Shown piece after piece: positions 1 to 7,803 of a stretch of 64,000 nt of DNA. The notes under the pieces are model-generated. The model did not search any database. It was not told the origin of the DNA and saw only the letters and a list, made by a program, of their open reading frames with translations. The DNA lies in NCBI GenBank assembly GCA_050115675.1, contig JASFQB010000007.1:10108-74107 (forward strand), written 5' to 3'. This DNA is from Candidatus Woesebacteria bacterium. Its GTDB lineage: Bacteria > Patescibacteriota > Saccharimonadia > Saccharimonadales > EFPC-124. Position 1 is the stretch's first letter, and every line of letters begins with the position of its first letter. The position numbers were made by a program, and so were the translations under genes.

Positions 1-1272
1 TTGGGACTAGTTATAGTTGCTCCGTTGGCGATTGTTGCAGCCCTACTACCAAATACCGAGAAGTACTTTACTAAGTGGTATAAGCTATTGATACAGTTAC
101 TTCTTATGTATCCTTTGATAGTCTTATTGTTTGCTGTTGGCAAAATCATGGCCGCCTTGTTTAGCACTGCTGACTATCAGCTTGCTTCTGGTGCATCAGG
201 CTCTGATACTGTGTCGGATTCTATAAAAGCAATATTATCTACATTTGCGGCAGCGTTTCCGCTAATATTCTTGCCCGCTGCTTTGCTGACGGGTGGTAAA
301 TTTGTAGGAAGGATTAAGGACGATTTGACCAAAGCCTTTAGCGGGGCTGTTCAGCGAGGCAAGTCTGCATACGAAAAAACAAAATTTGCCCAGTTTAGAA
401 AAGACGAGGCTGCAAAGCGCGCCAGAGCTGTTTCGCGTGGTACATTTAGTCTTCCTAAAAATAAATCAAAGTGGGGCTATTTACGACACCCGGGCTCTTA
501 TGTCGAGTCGGCGCTTAACAGAAGGCTAAATGCCAGCGAGAAGTTTAATGCAATGACAGGCGGCTTTGGGGCATATCGTGGCACCGTGGCCAAGAGTGAA
601 GAAAAAGAACTACTGCAAGAAATACAAAAGAAGTTTGGTGGCGACGACAACTTAGCAAAGGCCTGGATACAATCAAACGGGCAGGTAGGATCTGCAGCTT
701 ACAGTGGTCTTGATGCTGCTTCAAAAATTAAGTTTAACGAGCTGGCGGGCGCAGGATATAACAGAACTCACCTTTCACAAGCTGCAGCTATGAACGTGCT
801 TACAAATAAGGGCGAGGGCAACCAACAACTTATGCAACAGGCATTTACAAACATGCAATCTTTGAATGCACCGCAGAGTGACCTAAACGACCTATCAGAA
901 GAGATGCGCGATAAATGGCGCGGTATGGGTCGTGGTGACCTTGTCGGTGACCCAACAAATGGCGGAGCAGATAGATACAAATCTTTTGCACCCGCTTGGT
1001 CAGAAATTGATGCACGAAACATAAGTAGGTACTCGTTTAGCGATCCAGTTGGCAAGCAAAGCTTTCATGACTACGTTAGAACTGACCGCGAGGGTTTGCG
1101 TTCTGTGGTTGCTGGATTGGATAGTATTAAGGATGCACGCGCAAAGCCTTTGGTTGTAAAAGAACTACAAACGGCGCTAGCTGGTCACGTATCACCAACA
1201 ACAGGGCGTGTATATTCGCGAGACAACCTTATCGACGAGCTTAGAAGCGAGTTTAAATTGCAGGGCTATTAG
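1..1272 (+). CDS. Membrane protein, 5'-truncated by window edge; VirB6/TrbL-like type IV secretion component is a tentative guess
   Basis: ORF open at position 1. First ~110 aa form hydrophobic helices (PLAIVAALL, LLLMYPLIVLLFAVGKIMAALF, AAAFPLIFLPAALL), followed by a ~300-aa hydrophilic tail. Assignment by architecture only, no diagnostic motif. Confidence 0.35.
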   Translation: MGLVIVAPLAIVAALLPNTEKYFTKWYKLLIQLLLMYPLIVLLFAVGKIMAALFSTADYQLASGASGSDTVSDSIKAILSTFAAAFPLIFLPAALLTGGKFVGRIKDDLTKAFSGAVQRGKSAYEKTKFAQFRKDEAAKRARAVSRGTFSLPKNKSKWGYLRHPGSYVESALNRRLNASEKFNAMTGGFGAYRGTVAKSEEKELLQEIQKKFGGDDNLAKAWIQSNGQVGSAAYSGLDAASKIKFNELAGAGYNRTHLSQAAAMNVLTNKGEGNQQLMQQAFTNMQSLNAPQSDLNDLSEEMRDKWRGMGRGDLVGDPTNGGADRYKSFAPAWSEIDARNISRYSFSDPVGKQSFHDYVRTDREGLRSVVAGLDSIKDARAKPLVVKELQTALAGHVSPTTGRVYSRDNLIDELRSEFKLQGY

Positions 1273-1299
1273 CACAAGCGTGATAATCGTAAAATTAAC

Positions 1300-1322
1300 G
1301 GGCTCGTCATTGCGACGAGCCC
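1300..1322. terminator. Hairpin between convergent genes
   Basis: GGGCTCGTC-attgc-GACGAGCCC, 9-bp GC stem between stops at 1272 (+) and 1328 (-). Confidence 0.6.
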
Positions 1323-1327
1323 TTGCT

Positions 1328-2254
1328 TCAATTCAGTTTTTCAAGATTGTAGCCATTCTCTCTTAGCCAGCCGATGTAATCGGGCAAAATTTGCCCTGTA
1401 AAGCGACCGTGTGCATGGAACAAAACAACTCCATTTGGTGTAGTTCCTCGCTTGATGCGTTCTAGTTCAGAACTGGCCGTGGGGGTTGTGTTGCGATTCC
1501 AATCCTCGGAATCATTTGTCCATGTGCAAATGGTAATCCGTTTACCATCATCAGTTTTAATTGAATCAAGTATTTGCATGACTCTAAGGTCATAGGCTCC
1601 ATATGGCGGTCTAAGTATTGTAGAGTTCATTCCTTGACTAATCTCACTGCGAATAATTGACTCGTCCTGATCTCTAACCTGCCAGGTATCACCATCGTGG
1701 GCAGATTTTACGTCAAACAAAGCTTGGTGTGATCTTGTGTGATTGCCAATAAAATGTCCCTCATTTACGATTCGCTGTATGATGGCAGGGTTTGCCTCGG
1801 CCCAATCGCCTTTTAAGAAGAATCGTCCACGAACGCCTTTTTGCTTTAGGGCGTCAAGAATCACAATGATCTGACTTTCTGATCCATAATCATCAAACGT
1901 CAGCCAGACTTCGCCCTTTGCGCGGTTCTCAACTGTGTCAGCGAGTGGTTCTTTGCCGCAATGCTCAATTGAGTTTTGCGTTTTAACGTCTACCCCTGGG
2001 TGCGGTGATCCATCAATCGTAGCTTTCGCCATTACAAAACGCCATCCTGGCTGGTACTCCCTGATTGCTATTGGGCTACTTGGTGCGGGTGCAGGAGAGC
2101 TGCTGCCAGATTGATTTGTGCTCACCGAATTATTTGGCGAGGTACCTGGCACAGCTTCTCTGTTCGCTGTTCCGTAAAGCTTGACGGCGGCAACAGCTGC
2201 AAGGGATATCCCAAAGACTAAGGCAGCAGAAGTCGCCTTTCTTGCGAATGACAT
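1328..2254 (-). CDS. Polysaccharide deacetylase (NodB homology domain), N-terminal signal/anchor
   Basis: NodB motifs TFDDYGS and GNHTRSH. Hydrophobic N-terminus AALVFGISLAAVAAV. GAGGAG Shine-Dalgarno upstream of the ATG. Confidence 0.8.
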   Translation of the reverse strand: MSFARKATSAALVFGISLAAVAAVKLYGTANREAVPGTSPNNSVSTNQSGSSSPAPAPSSPIAIREYQPGWRFVMAKATIDGSPHPGVDVKTQNSIEHCGKEPLADTVENRAKGEVWLTFDDYGSESQIIVILDALKQKGVRGRFFLKGDWAEANPAIIQRIVNEGHFIGNHTRSHQALFDVKSAHDGDTWQVRDQDESIIRSEISQGMNSTILRPPYGAYDLRVMQILDSIKTDDGKRITICTWTNDSEDWNRNTTPTASSELERIKRGTTPNGVVLFHAHGRFTGQILPDYIGWLRENGYNLEKLN

Positions 2255-2373
2255 GACATCTCCTCAAGAATGTTTGGACTTGGCATGACCTTACGGACAA
2301 TATTATATACTAGTTTTAATTAATTGTAAAATTTCTATCCGTGTTTATGTTTGTGCTTTATGCAAATCAAGAT

Positions 2374-2400
2374 AAAACCCAGACTAAAAGCCTGGGTTTT
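2374..2400 (-). terminator. Intrinsic terminator 3' of tRNA-Leu
   Basis: AAAACCCAG-N9-CTGGGTTTT, with A/T runs on both sides, 4 nt downstream of the tRNA CCA end. Confidence 0.6.
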
Positions 2401-2404
2401 ATCT

Positions 2405-2488
2405 TGGTACGCGAGAGAGGACTTGAACCTCCACGCCCGAAGGCACTAGCTCCTAAGGCTAGCGTGTCTACCATTCCACCACTCGCGC
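2405..2488 (-). tRNA. tRNA-Leu, anticodon UAG, type II (long variable arm), CCA encoded
   Basis: 84-nt cloverleaf on the minus strand. Acceptor GCGCGAG/CTCGCGT then A-CCA. Anticodon stem CTAGC/GCTAG with loop CU-UAG-GA. Variable arm TGCCTTCGGGCGT. T-arm GGAGG-TTCAAGT-CCTCT. Confidence 0.9.
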
Positions 2489-2571
2489 ATAAACACATGT
2501 TGTATACCGTTAGATCAGAACATAATTATTATAACTGATTTAAGGCAGTTTGCCAACAATAAAAAACAAGT

Positions 2572-3114
2572 CTACTGGGTTGACTTGCGGTAGTATGCCA
2601 GCGCCGCTTCCCCGTACAAAGATTTGTCCACCACAACAACTCCATTGACGATCGGCGCTGACTCCCTACCTGGGTATGATAGTACCATAAGCCCATTATT
2701 TTTTAAATGGCGAGTTAATAGCGAAACTGTGGATAACTGTAGGTCGTTATAGGGAGGATCGCAAATAATTAAGTCAAATAATTTTCTTTTATTTTGCTCG
2801 CTCCAGGCCTTAACGGGTGCCTTTATTAGCTTGACCTTATCGTGCAAATCAAGGTCTGTAATGTTTTTCTCTATGACCTTTTGTGCCCGCCTGTCACGCT
2901 CCACGGCAATTGTGCTTTTTGCTCCGCGACTTACGCACTCAAAACTCATTGCCCCACTGCCAGCAAATGCATCAAGAACTTCAAAATCTTGAATGTCGCC
3001 CAATGAATTAAACAAGGCGCTACGAACACGATCTCCCATGGGATGGGTTACAAAACCATTTGGCGCATCAAACAGGCGACTGCCTAGTACTCCCGCAATA
3101 ACCCTAAGCCGCAC
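2572..3114 (-). CDS. rsmD: 16S rRNA (guanine966-N2)-methyltransferase RsmD family
   Basis: SAM-binding DAFAGSG and the N6/N2-MTase DPPY motif (ICDPPYN). ~180 aa. GTG start overlaps the upstream stop (TAGTG). Confidence 0.8.
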   Translation of the reverse strand: MRLRVIAGVLGSRLFDAPNGFVTHPMGDRVRSALFNSLGDIQDFEVLDAFAGSGAMSFECVSRGAKSTIAVERDRRAQKVIEKNITDLDLHDKVKLIKAPVKAWSEQNKRKLFDLIICDPPYNDLQLSTVSLLTRHLKNNGLMVLSYPGRESAPIVNGVVVVDKSLYGEAALAYYRKSTQ

Positions 3115-3935
3115 TACTTCTTGCCCCCGTAAGCACTGTAGGCTGTTGCGTACCAGGCTAAAGTGACAGTTTTTACAATTGTGGGCGCAAGCTCAGTGCG
3201 AGTTTGCCTTGCTAGTTTTTTTGTCCAACCTTTTTTATGAAATCGTTCGTACATATCTAGGCTATAAATGTATGCTGCGGCATCTTTGAATTGTGAAACA
3301 ACTCCCTCGTTGCGAACTCTCACCAGCATGTCGCCGTCTGGCGTGCCACGTTTAATTAGTCGCATTGGTGCAATTGTAGTTGCAACTCCCATTTCAAACA
3401 TGCCGTGCGTCGTCATTACACCTTTTGCTCCCCAATATTGCCAGTTTTTTTGTAGCATCTCGCGTTTGGTGTCACCTTCTTGTTTTATTAGAAGCTTATC
3501 TTTTAGTGAGGTTCTTGTCTCTAGGCCTTCTCCGCGCATTTCTTCTAGGACCTTTTCTAAAGAGTAGTGATGAGCAGGTGTCAAGCCGTCGACAATTGCA
3601 TGCGCCAACCAAGCTGCCTCAAAAGCAGCTTTTTCTTGGTTGTCTTTTTTAAGTGCCTTTGTAAGGTTAACGGTGTGATTTTCTATCATCAGTATCAAGG
3701 CATTGTCGCTTGGATTCGCCGGATCATAGTAGTGCCAAGGTTCGTCTTGCGCTGGTGATTTGCGTTTAATTGCGTCTGGGCCATTTTTGCCCTCAAAATG
3801 CAGAATCTCTTTGCTAGAAGGAAATCTGGTGTCCGGCAAAACTTTTTCTAGACAACGACGTGCAACGCGGTCAAATTTTTGATGCGCACCAAGTATTTTG
3901 CCTGAGCTGTTGCTAATTGTTGTACCTGAATACAT
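3114..3935 (-). CDS. Hypothetical protein, possible metal-dependent hydrolase
   Basis: 273-aa ORF tightly packed between recG and rsmD. His/Asp-rich stretch AWLAHAIVDGLTPAHH and WHYYDP. No family recognised with confidence. Confidence 0.5.
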   Translation of the reverse strand: MYSGTTISNSSGKILGAHQKFDRVARRCLEKVLPDTRFPSSKEILHFEGKNGPDAIKRKSPAQDEPWHYYDPANPSDNALILMIENHTVNLTKALKKDNQEKAAFEAAWLAHAIVDGLTPAHHYSLEKVLEEMRGEGLETRTSLKDKLLIKQEGDTKREMLQKNWQYWGAKGVMTTHGMFEMGVATTIAPMRLIKRGTPDGDMLVRVRNEGVVSQFKDAAAYIYSLDMYERFHKKGWTKKLARQTRTELAPTIVKTVTLAWYATAYSAYGGKK

Positions 3936-3939
3936 ATTT

Positions 3940-5970
3940 TTAGTTTAGCGATGTTAGCTGTCTATAGCGGCTAACTCTTTTGTTTAACTCTTTATATTGT
4001 AGCAGATCAAAGCCATTTTTAAGTAGATCCTCTACGCATGCTCGTACACGTTTAATTTGTTTTGTATCTGCCAAATTCGCAACTTGTAAGTTTAAAGCGC
4101 CGTGCTGCATTCGGCCGTAAATTTCTCCCGGTCCACGCAGGCGCAGGTCTACTTCTGCTAGGTAAAAGCCATCTTGTGATTGTTCAAGTTCTAACAATCG
4201 CTCTGTAGGACGCTTACCGCTTGACGGAATTAAATAGCAATAGCTTTTTTGCGCTCCGCGTCCTACACGCCCTCTAAGCTGGTGAAGCTGAGCGAGTCCA
4301 AATCGTTCCGCACCCTCAATTAGCATGACGGTGGCGTTTGGTATGTCAACCCCAACCTCAATAACGGTGGTCGCAACCAAGATATCTACTTCGCCATTTT
4401 TAAATTTTTTCATAACACTATCTTTTTCGTCTGCTTTCATTTGGCCATACAGCATCGCTAAGCGTCGATGAGTAAAAACGGTCTTTATCAGTTGATCGTA
4501 CTCGGCTTTGACGCTTTTTTGCTCATTTTGCTCACTTTCCTCACCCACCAGTGGACATACAATATAAACTTGACGTCCTTGCTGAATCTGCTCGTCTACA
4601 AATTGGTGCACCTTCTTGCGCTCAAATGATGAGCATAACTTTGTATTTATTCCTTGTCTGCCAGCGGGCAATTCGTCTATTATTGAAATCTCTAACTCGC
4701 CATAAACCGTTAATTGAAGACTGCGTGGTATTGGTGTCGCGGTCATGCTAAGCAAGTGTGGCATAAGCTCACTCTTTTTTAGCAGTTGTGCGCGTTGTTC
4801 GACGCCAAATCTGTGCTGCTCGTCAATTACTACAAAACCAAGTTTTTTAAATTTGCTATCCGCTTGAATCAGGGCGTGTGTACCTACGGCAACGTCAATT
4901 TGACCATTGGCCAAGTTTTGTTGAAGGCATTTTTTTGCCTTTGATGTTAGTGATCCTGTTAGAAGTGTAATCCGTACCCCAAGTGGCTCTAGTAATGTAG
5001 CCAGAGTGTTTGCGTGCTGAGCGGCCAAAATTTCTGTGGGGGCCATCAGTGCTGTCTGGTAGCCAGATTTTACAGCCATATAGATTGCCATAGCTGCAAC
5101 TGCGGTTTTCCCGGAGCCTACATCACCTTGTAATAAACGATTCATTGGTTGCTCTTGCTCAAAATCTTGCAAAACTTCCCACGCAGATCGTTTTTGAGCG
5201 TCTGTCATCGTAAAAGGAAGCGATCTTATAAATTGCTTTGCATTTTTTGAATCAAAGGGTATTTTGTAGCCGCGCAACTTGGCGTTTTCGCCTTTATTTA
5301 GTTGAGCAGCCATTAAAAGTTCAAAAAGCTCTTCAAAAGCTAGACGCTCTCGTGCACGAGCAAGCTGATCATCAGAATCAGGAAAGTGCAACTGTAAAAG
5401 AGCTTGATTGATGCACAACAAGTTGTGTTGCTTAATAACTTTGTTCGGTAAAGTCTCTGGCAAGATTTGCATAAGTGGCAGTAGCTCGCGCACAATTTTA
5501 CGAATTTGTAGTGAAGAAATACCCGCTACCTGACGATACACTGGCACAATTTTGCCAGTGTTAACTGTAAAATCTGCGACCTTCTCGATTACAGGGTTGC
5601 TTAACAAAAAGCGGTTGCGCTGTAACTCATAGCTACCCGAGAAAAACGCTGTCGAGCCTGGTTTCAATTGATTAACTCGATATGGTTGATTGAACCAAAT
5701 TGCCCTAACTTTGCCTGTCTCGTCATCTAAAACTGCCTCGGTAATATGCAATCGCTTTATGTGCCTGCCGGTAATTGTTTCGATCTTAGCTTTTAGCGTT
5801 ATATTTCCTGGTTTGATGTTGGCAATTTTTGCTATTTTAGAAAAATCATCATAACGACGAGGTAAAAAATATATTAAATCGCGAACGGTGACCACATTCA
5901 GCTGTGCTAACTTTTCAGCCAAAGATTTCCCCACTCCTTTTATTTCTGTCACGGGTGATTGCAAGTTCAT
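3940..5970 (-). CDS. recG: ATP-dependent DNA helicase RecG
   Basis: Walker A GDVGSGKT, DEQHRFG (DEAH-type), helicase C motifs QLRGRVGRG, N-terminal wedge/OB region. ATG at 5970 preferred over TTG at 5973. Confidence 0.9.
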   Translation of the reverse strand: MNLQSPVTEIKGVGKSLAEKLAQLNVVTVRDLIYFLPRRYDDFSKIAKIANIKPGNITLKAKIETITGRHIKRLHITEAVLDDETGKVRAIWFNQPYRVNQLKPGSTAFFSGSYELQRNRFLLSNPVIEKVADFTVNTGKIVPVYRQVAGISSLQIRKIVRELLPLMQILPETLPNKVIKQHNLLCINQALLQLHFPDSDDQLARARERLAFEELFELLMAAQLNKGENAKLRGYKIPFDSKNAKQFIRSLPFTMTDAQKRSAWEVLQDFEQEQPMNRLLQGDVGSGKTAVAAMAIYMAVKSGYQTALMAPTEILAAQHANTLATLLEPLGVRITLLTGSLTSKAKKCLQQNLANGQIDVAVGTHALIQADSKFKKLGFVVIDEQHRFGVEQRAQLLKKSELMPHLLSMTATPIPRSLQLTVYGELEISIIDELPAGRQGINTKLCSSFERKKVHQFVDEQIQQGRQVYIVCPLVGEESEQNEQKSVKAEYDQLIKTVFTHRRLAMLYGQMKADEKDSVMKKFKNGEVDILVATTVIEVGVDIPNATVMLIEGAERFGLAQLHQLRGRVGRGAQKSYCYLIPSSGKRPTERLLELEQSQDGFYLAEVDLRLRGPGEIYGRMQHGALNLQVANLADTKQIKRVRACVEDLLKNGFDLLQYKELNKRVSRYRQLTSLN

Positions 5971-5978
5971 CAAATAAT

Positions 5979-5984
5979 ATTGTA
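5979..5984 (-). promoter_or_regulatory. -10 box TACAAT 8 nt from recG ATG (leaderless-type)
   Basis: Minus strand reads TACAAT-attatttg-ATG with no Shine-Dalgarno in between. Confidence 0.45.
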
Positions 5985-5997
5985 CACAATACAGTGC

Positions 5998-6036
5998 AAA
6001 AAAGCTGCATACGCCAGTTAAGCTAGCGTATGCAGC
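5998..6036 (-). terminator. Intrinsic terminator after small membrane-protein gene
   Basis: GCTGCATACGC-N11-GCGTATGCAGC (11-bp stem) followed on the minus strand by TTTTTT. Confidence 0.75.
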
Positions 6037-6046
6037 CTAGAATTGA

Positions 6047-6241
6047 TTAGCGTGGCCCGTAGTAAATTGTTAAAAGTGCGATCGACATAATTGCCACGGC
6101 GTAAAACACAAGCCCCATCAAAAATGCGTATACGTGTAACGCATAAGGGCCAAAACCAACACTTCCCCCTGCTTGGGTGATGCTATAGCTCGCCAAAAGC
6201 CCAAGCAGCATAGCAACCAAATTGGCGTCTGCACCCTGCAT
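6047..6241 (-). CDS. Small two-helix membrane protein
   Basis: 64 aa with two hydrophobic spans. GAGG 6 nt upstream of the ATG. Own terminator. Confidence 0.5.
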   Translation of the reverse strand: MQGADANLVAMLLGLLASYSITQAGGSVGFGPYALHVYAFLMGLVFYAVAIMSIALLTIYYGPR

Positions 6242-6359
6242 GTCATACCTCGATTCTGGTCATATCTTAGGTTTTTGAAACATCACTGCAGACTGCGAGG
6301 TGGACTGGTAGGCTACGGTATTATACTGTAAGCGTGGCAAAAAGTCTAGATTTCAGGCT

Positions 6360-7562
6360 TTAGCTTTCGATAAGACGCACAAAGTTGCGCTTTCCAACTT
6401 GCAAAATATCTTCGTGCTGAACTTTTACAACGTCGCTATCGACGCGACAACGGTTTATCTTAACTCCACCCTGCTTTATTAGTCGCATGGCCTGTGAATT
6501 GCTATCCGCAAGACCAGACTTAACAAGCAAATCAATAAGCTTTGCTTCGCCAGCATCAATTTTTAACGATTGTATTGCCGCAGTTGCCTCTCCTTTTGCC
6601 AGTGCGGCAGTTGCTTGTTTTGCCTCGTTCGCTAACTGTATTCCATGTACTAGCTTGGTAACTTCGTACGCCAGCGTTTTTTGAGCAGCTCTGCCTGCAG
6701 GGTTAGACTTAAATTCATTCAGCACATCTTCGATCTGTTGCCTTTCGAGTAGTGTGTAGACCTTAAGATATGTTTCTACGCCAGTGTCATCTGCGTTTAG
6801 CCAAAATTGGTAAAATTCAAAGGGCGAAGTTTTTTCTGCACAAAGCCATACAGCGCCTTCCTCGCTTTTGCCAAATTTTTTACCAGTAGCAGTATTTATA
6901 ATTAACGGACCTGTCCAGATATGAGCTTCTTTGCTGTCTATTTTTCTGATTAATTCAACGCCCGCAATGCTATTGCCCCATTGGTCTGCGCCAGCTAGCT
7001 GTAAAGTCACCTTGTGCGAACGAGAAAGATGTAAAAAATCGTAACCCTGAATTAACGAATAGCTAAATTCGGCATAGCTAATGCCTTTACCGCCCTTGCC
7101 AATTCTGGATTGTACAAATTCGCGATCAAGAAGTTGTGTCATAGAAAAATGTTTACCAACGTCTCTTAAAAACTGAAGGTAGCTAATGTTTTTAAACCAG
7201 TCATAATTATCCACAATTTCAAATTGTTCGCCTTCAAAAATTCGCCTGTACTCGTTTGCAATTGCTTGTTTGTTTTTTGATATTTCGTCTAGCGTTTTTA
7301 ACTGACGTTCATCTGTTTTGCCATCGGGGTCGCCAATCATACCGGTCGCCCCGCCAACTAAAAGCACAGCTCTATGGCCATGTCTAATAAAATGGCGGAC
7401 CATCATTGCCATGGCTAAATTGCCAACTGTCATAGAATTTGCACTAGGATCAACTCCCCAGTAAAAAGTTATTGGGTCGCCATCTAACTGGCCAAGGTCT
7501 TTAAAGGTAGTTTGATTTACAAAGCCTCGCCAGCTCAGTTCTTCAGAAAGTTTTGTTATCAT
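6360..7562 (-). CDS. tyrS: Tyrosine--tRNA ligase
   Basis: Class I signatures (PSANSMTVGNL HIGH-like, KFGKS KMSKS-like). C-terminal S4 RNA-binding domain (GLADSNSQAMRLIKQGGVKIN). Confidence 0.9.
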   Translation of the reverse strand: MITKLSEELSWRGFVNQTTFKDLGQLDGDPITFYWGVDPSANSMTVGNLAMAMMVRHFIRHGHRAVLLVGGATGMIGDPDGKTDERQLKTLDEISKNKQAIANEYRRIFEGEQFEIVDNYDWFKNISYLQFLRDVGKHFSMTQLLDREFVQSRIGKGGKGISYAEFSYSLIQGYDFLHLSRSHKVTLQLAGADQWGNSIAGVELIRKIDSKEAHIWTGPLIINTATGKKFGKSEEGAVWLCAEKTSPFEFYQFWLNADDTGVETYLKVYTLLERQQIEDVLNEFKSNPAGRAAQKTLAYEVTKLVHGIQLANEAKQATAALAKGEATAAIQSLKIDAGEAKLIDLLVKSGLADSNSQAMRLIKQGGVKINRCRVDSDVVKVQHEDILQVGKRNFVRLIES

Positions 7563-7754
7563 ATTAAATACTCAGGTTATTTTTATGTATGCGCATTAAG
7601 ATATATCTGTTGCTGCGTATATAAGTAATCTGTTAGTTGATGTGCAATTGACATATTTTTGCATATTTTACCTGTCGCTATTATATCATATGATTACTTT
7701 GCTTTCATTTTTATGATGAATGCAACAAAATACTGTTTTGTAGTAGTTTGCGAG

Positions 7755-7763
7755 TGTTATAAT
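7755..7763 (+). promoter_or_regulatory. Extended -10 promoter (TGTTATAAT) for the PBP gene
   Basis: TGT-TATAAT about 40 nt upstream of the ATG at 7804. AAGGAG and AAGAGGA in the leader. Confidence 0.45.
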
Positions 7764-7803
7764 AAGTTAAAGATCTGCTAATGCTTAAGGAGTAACAAGA
7801 GGA

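Noticed and set aside
2341-2538. 65-aa plus-strand ORF
   Set aside because: It is fully explained by tRNA-Leu (2405-2488) and its terminator on the opposite strand.
7563-7803. T-box leader upstream of tyrS
   Set aside because: The 240-nt spacer prompted a check. No T-box core (AGGGTGGNACCGCG) or its complement is present, and no terminator/antiterminator pair is evident.
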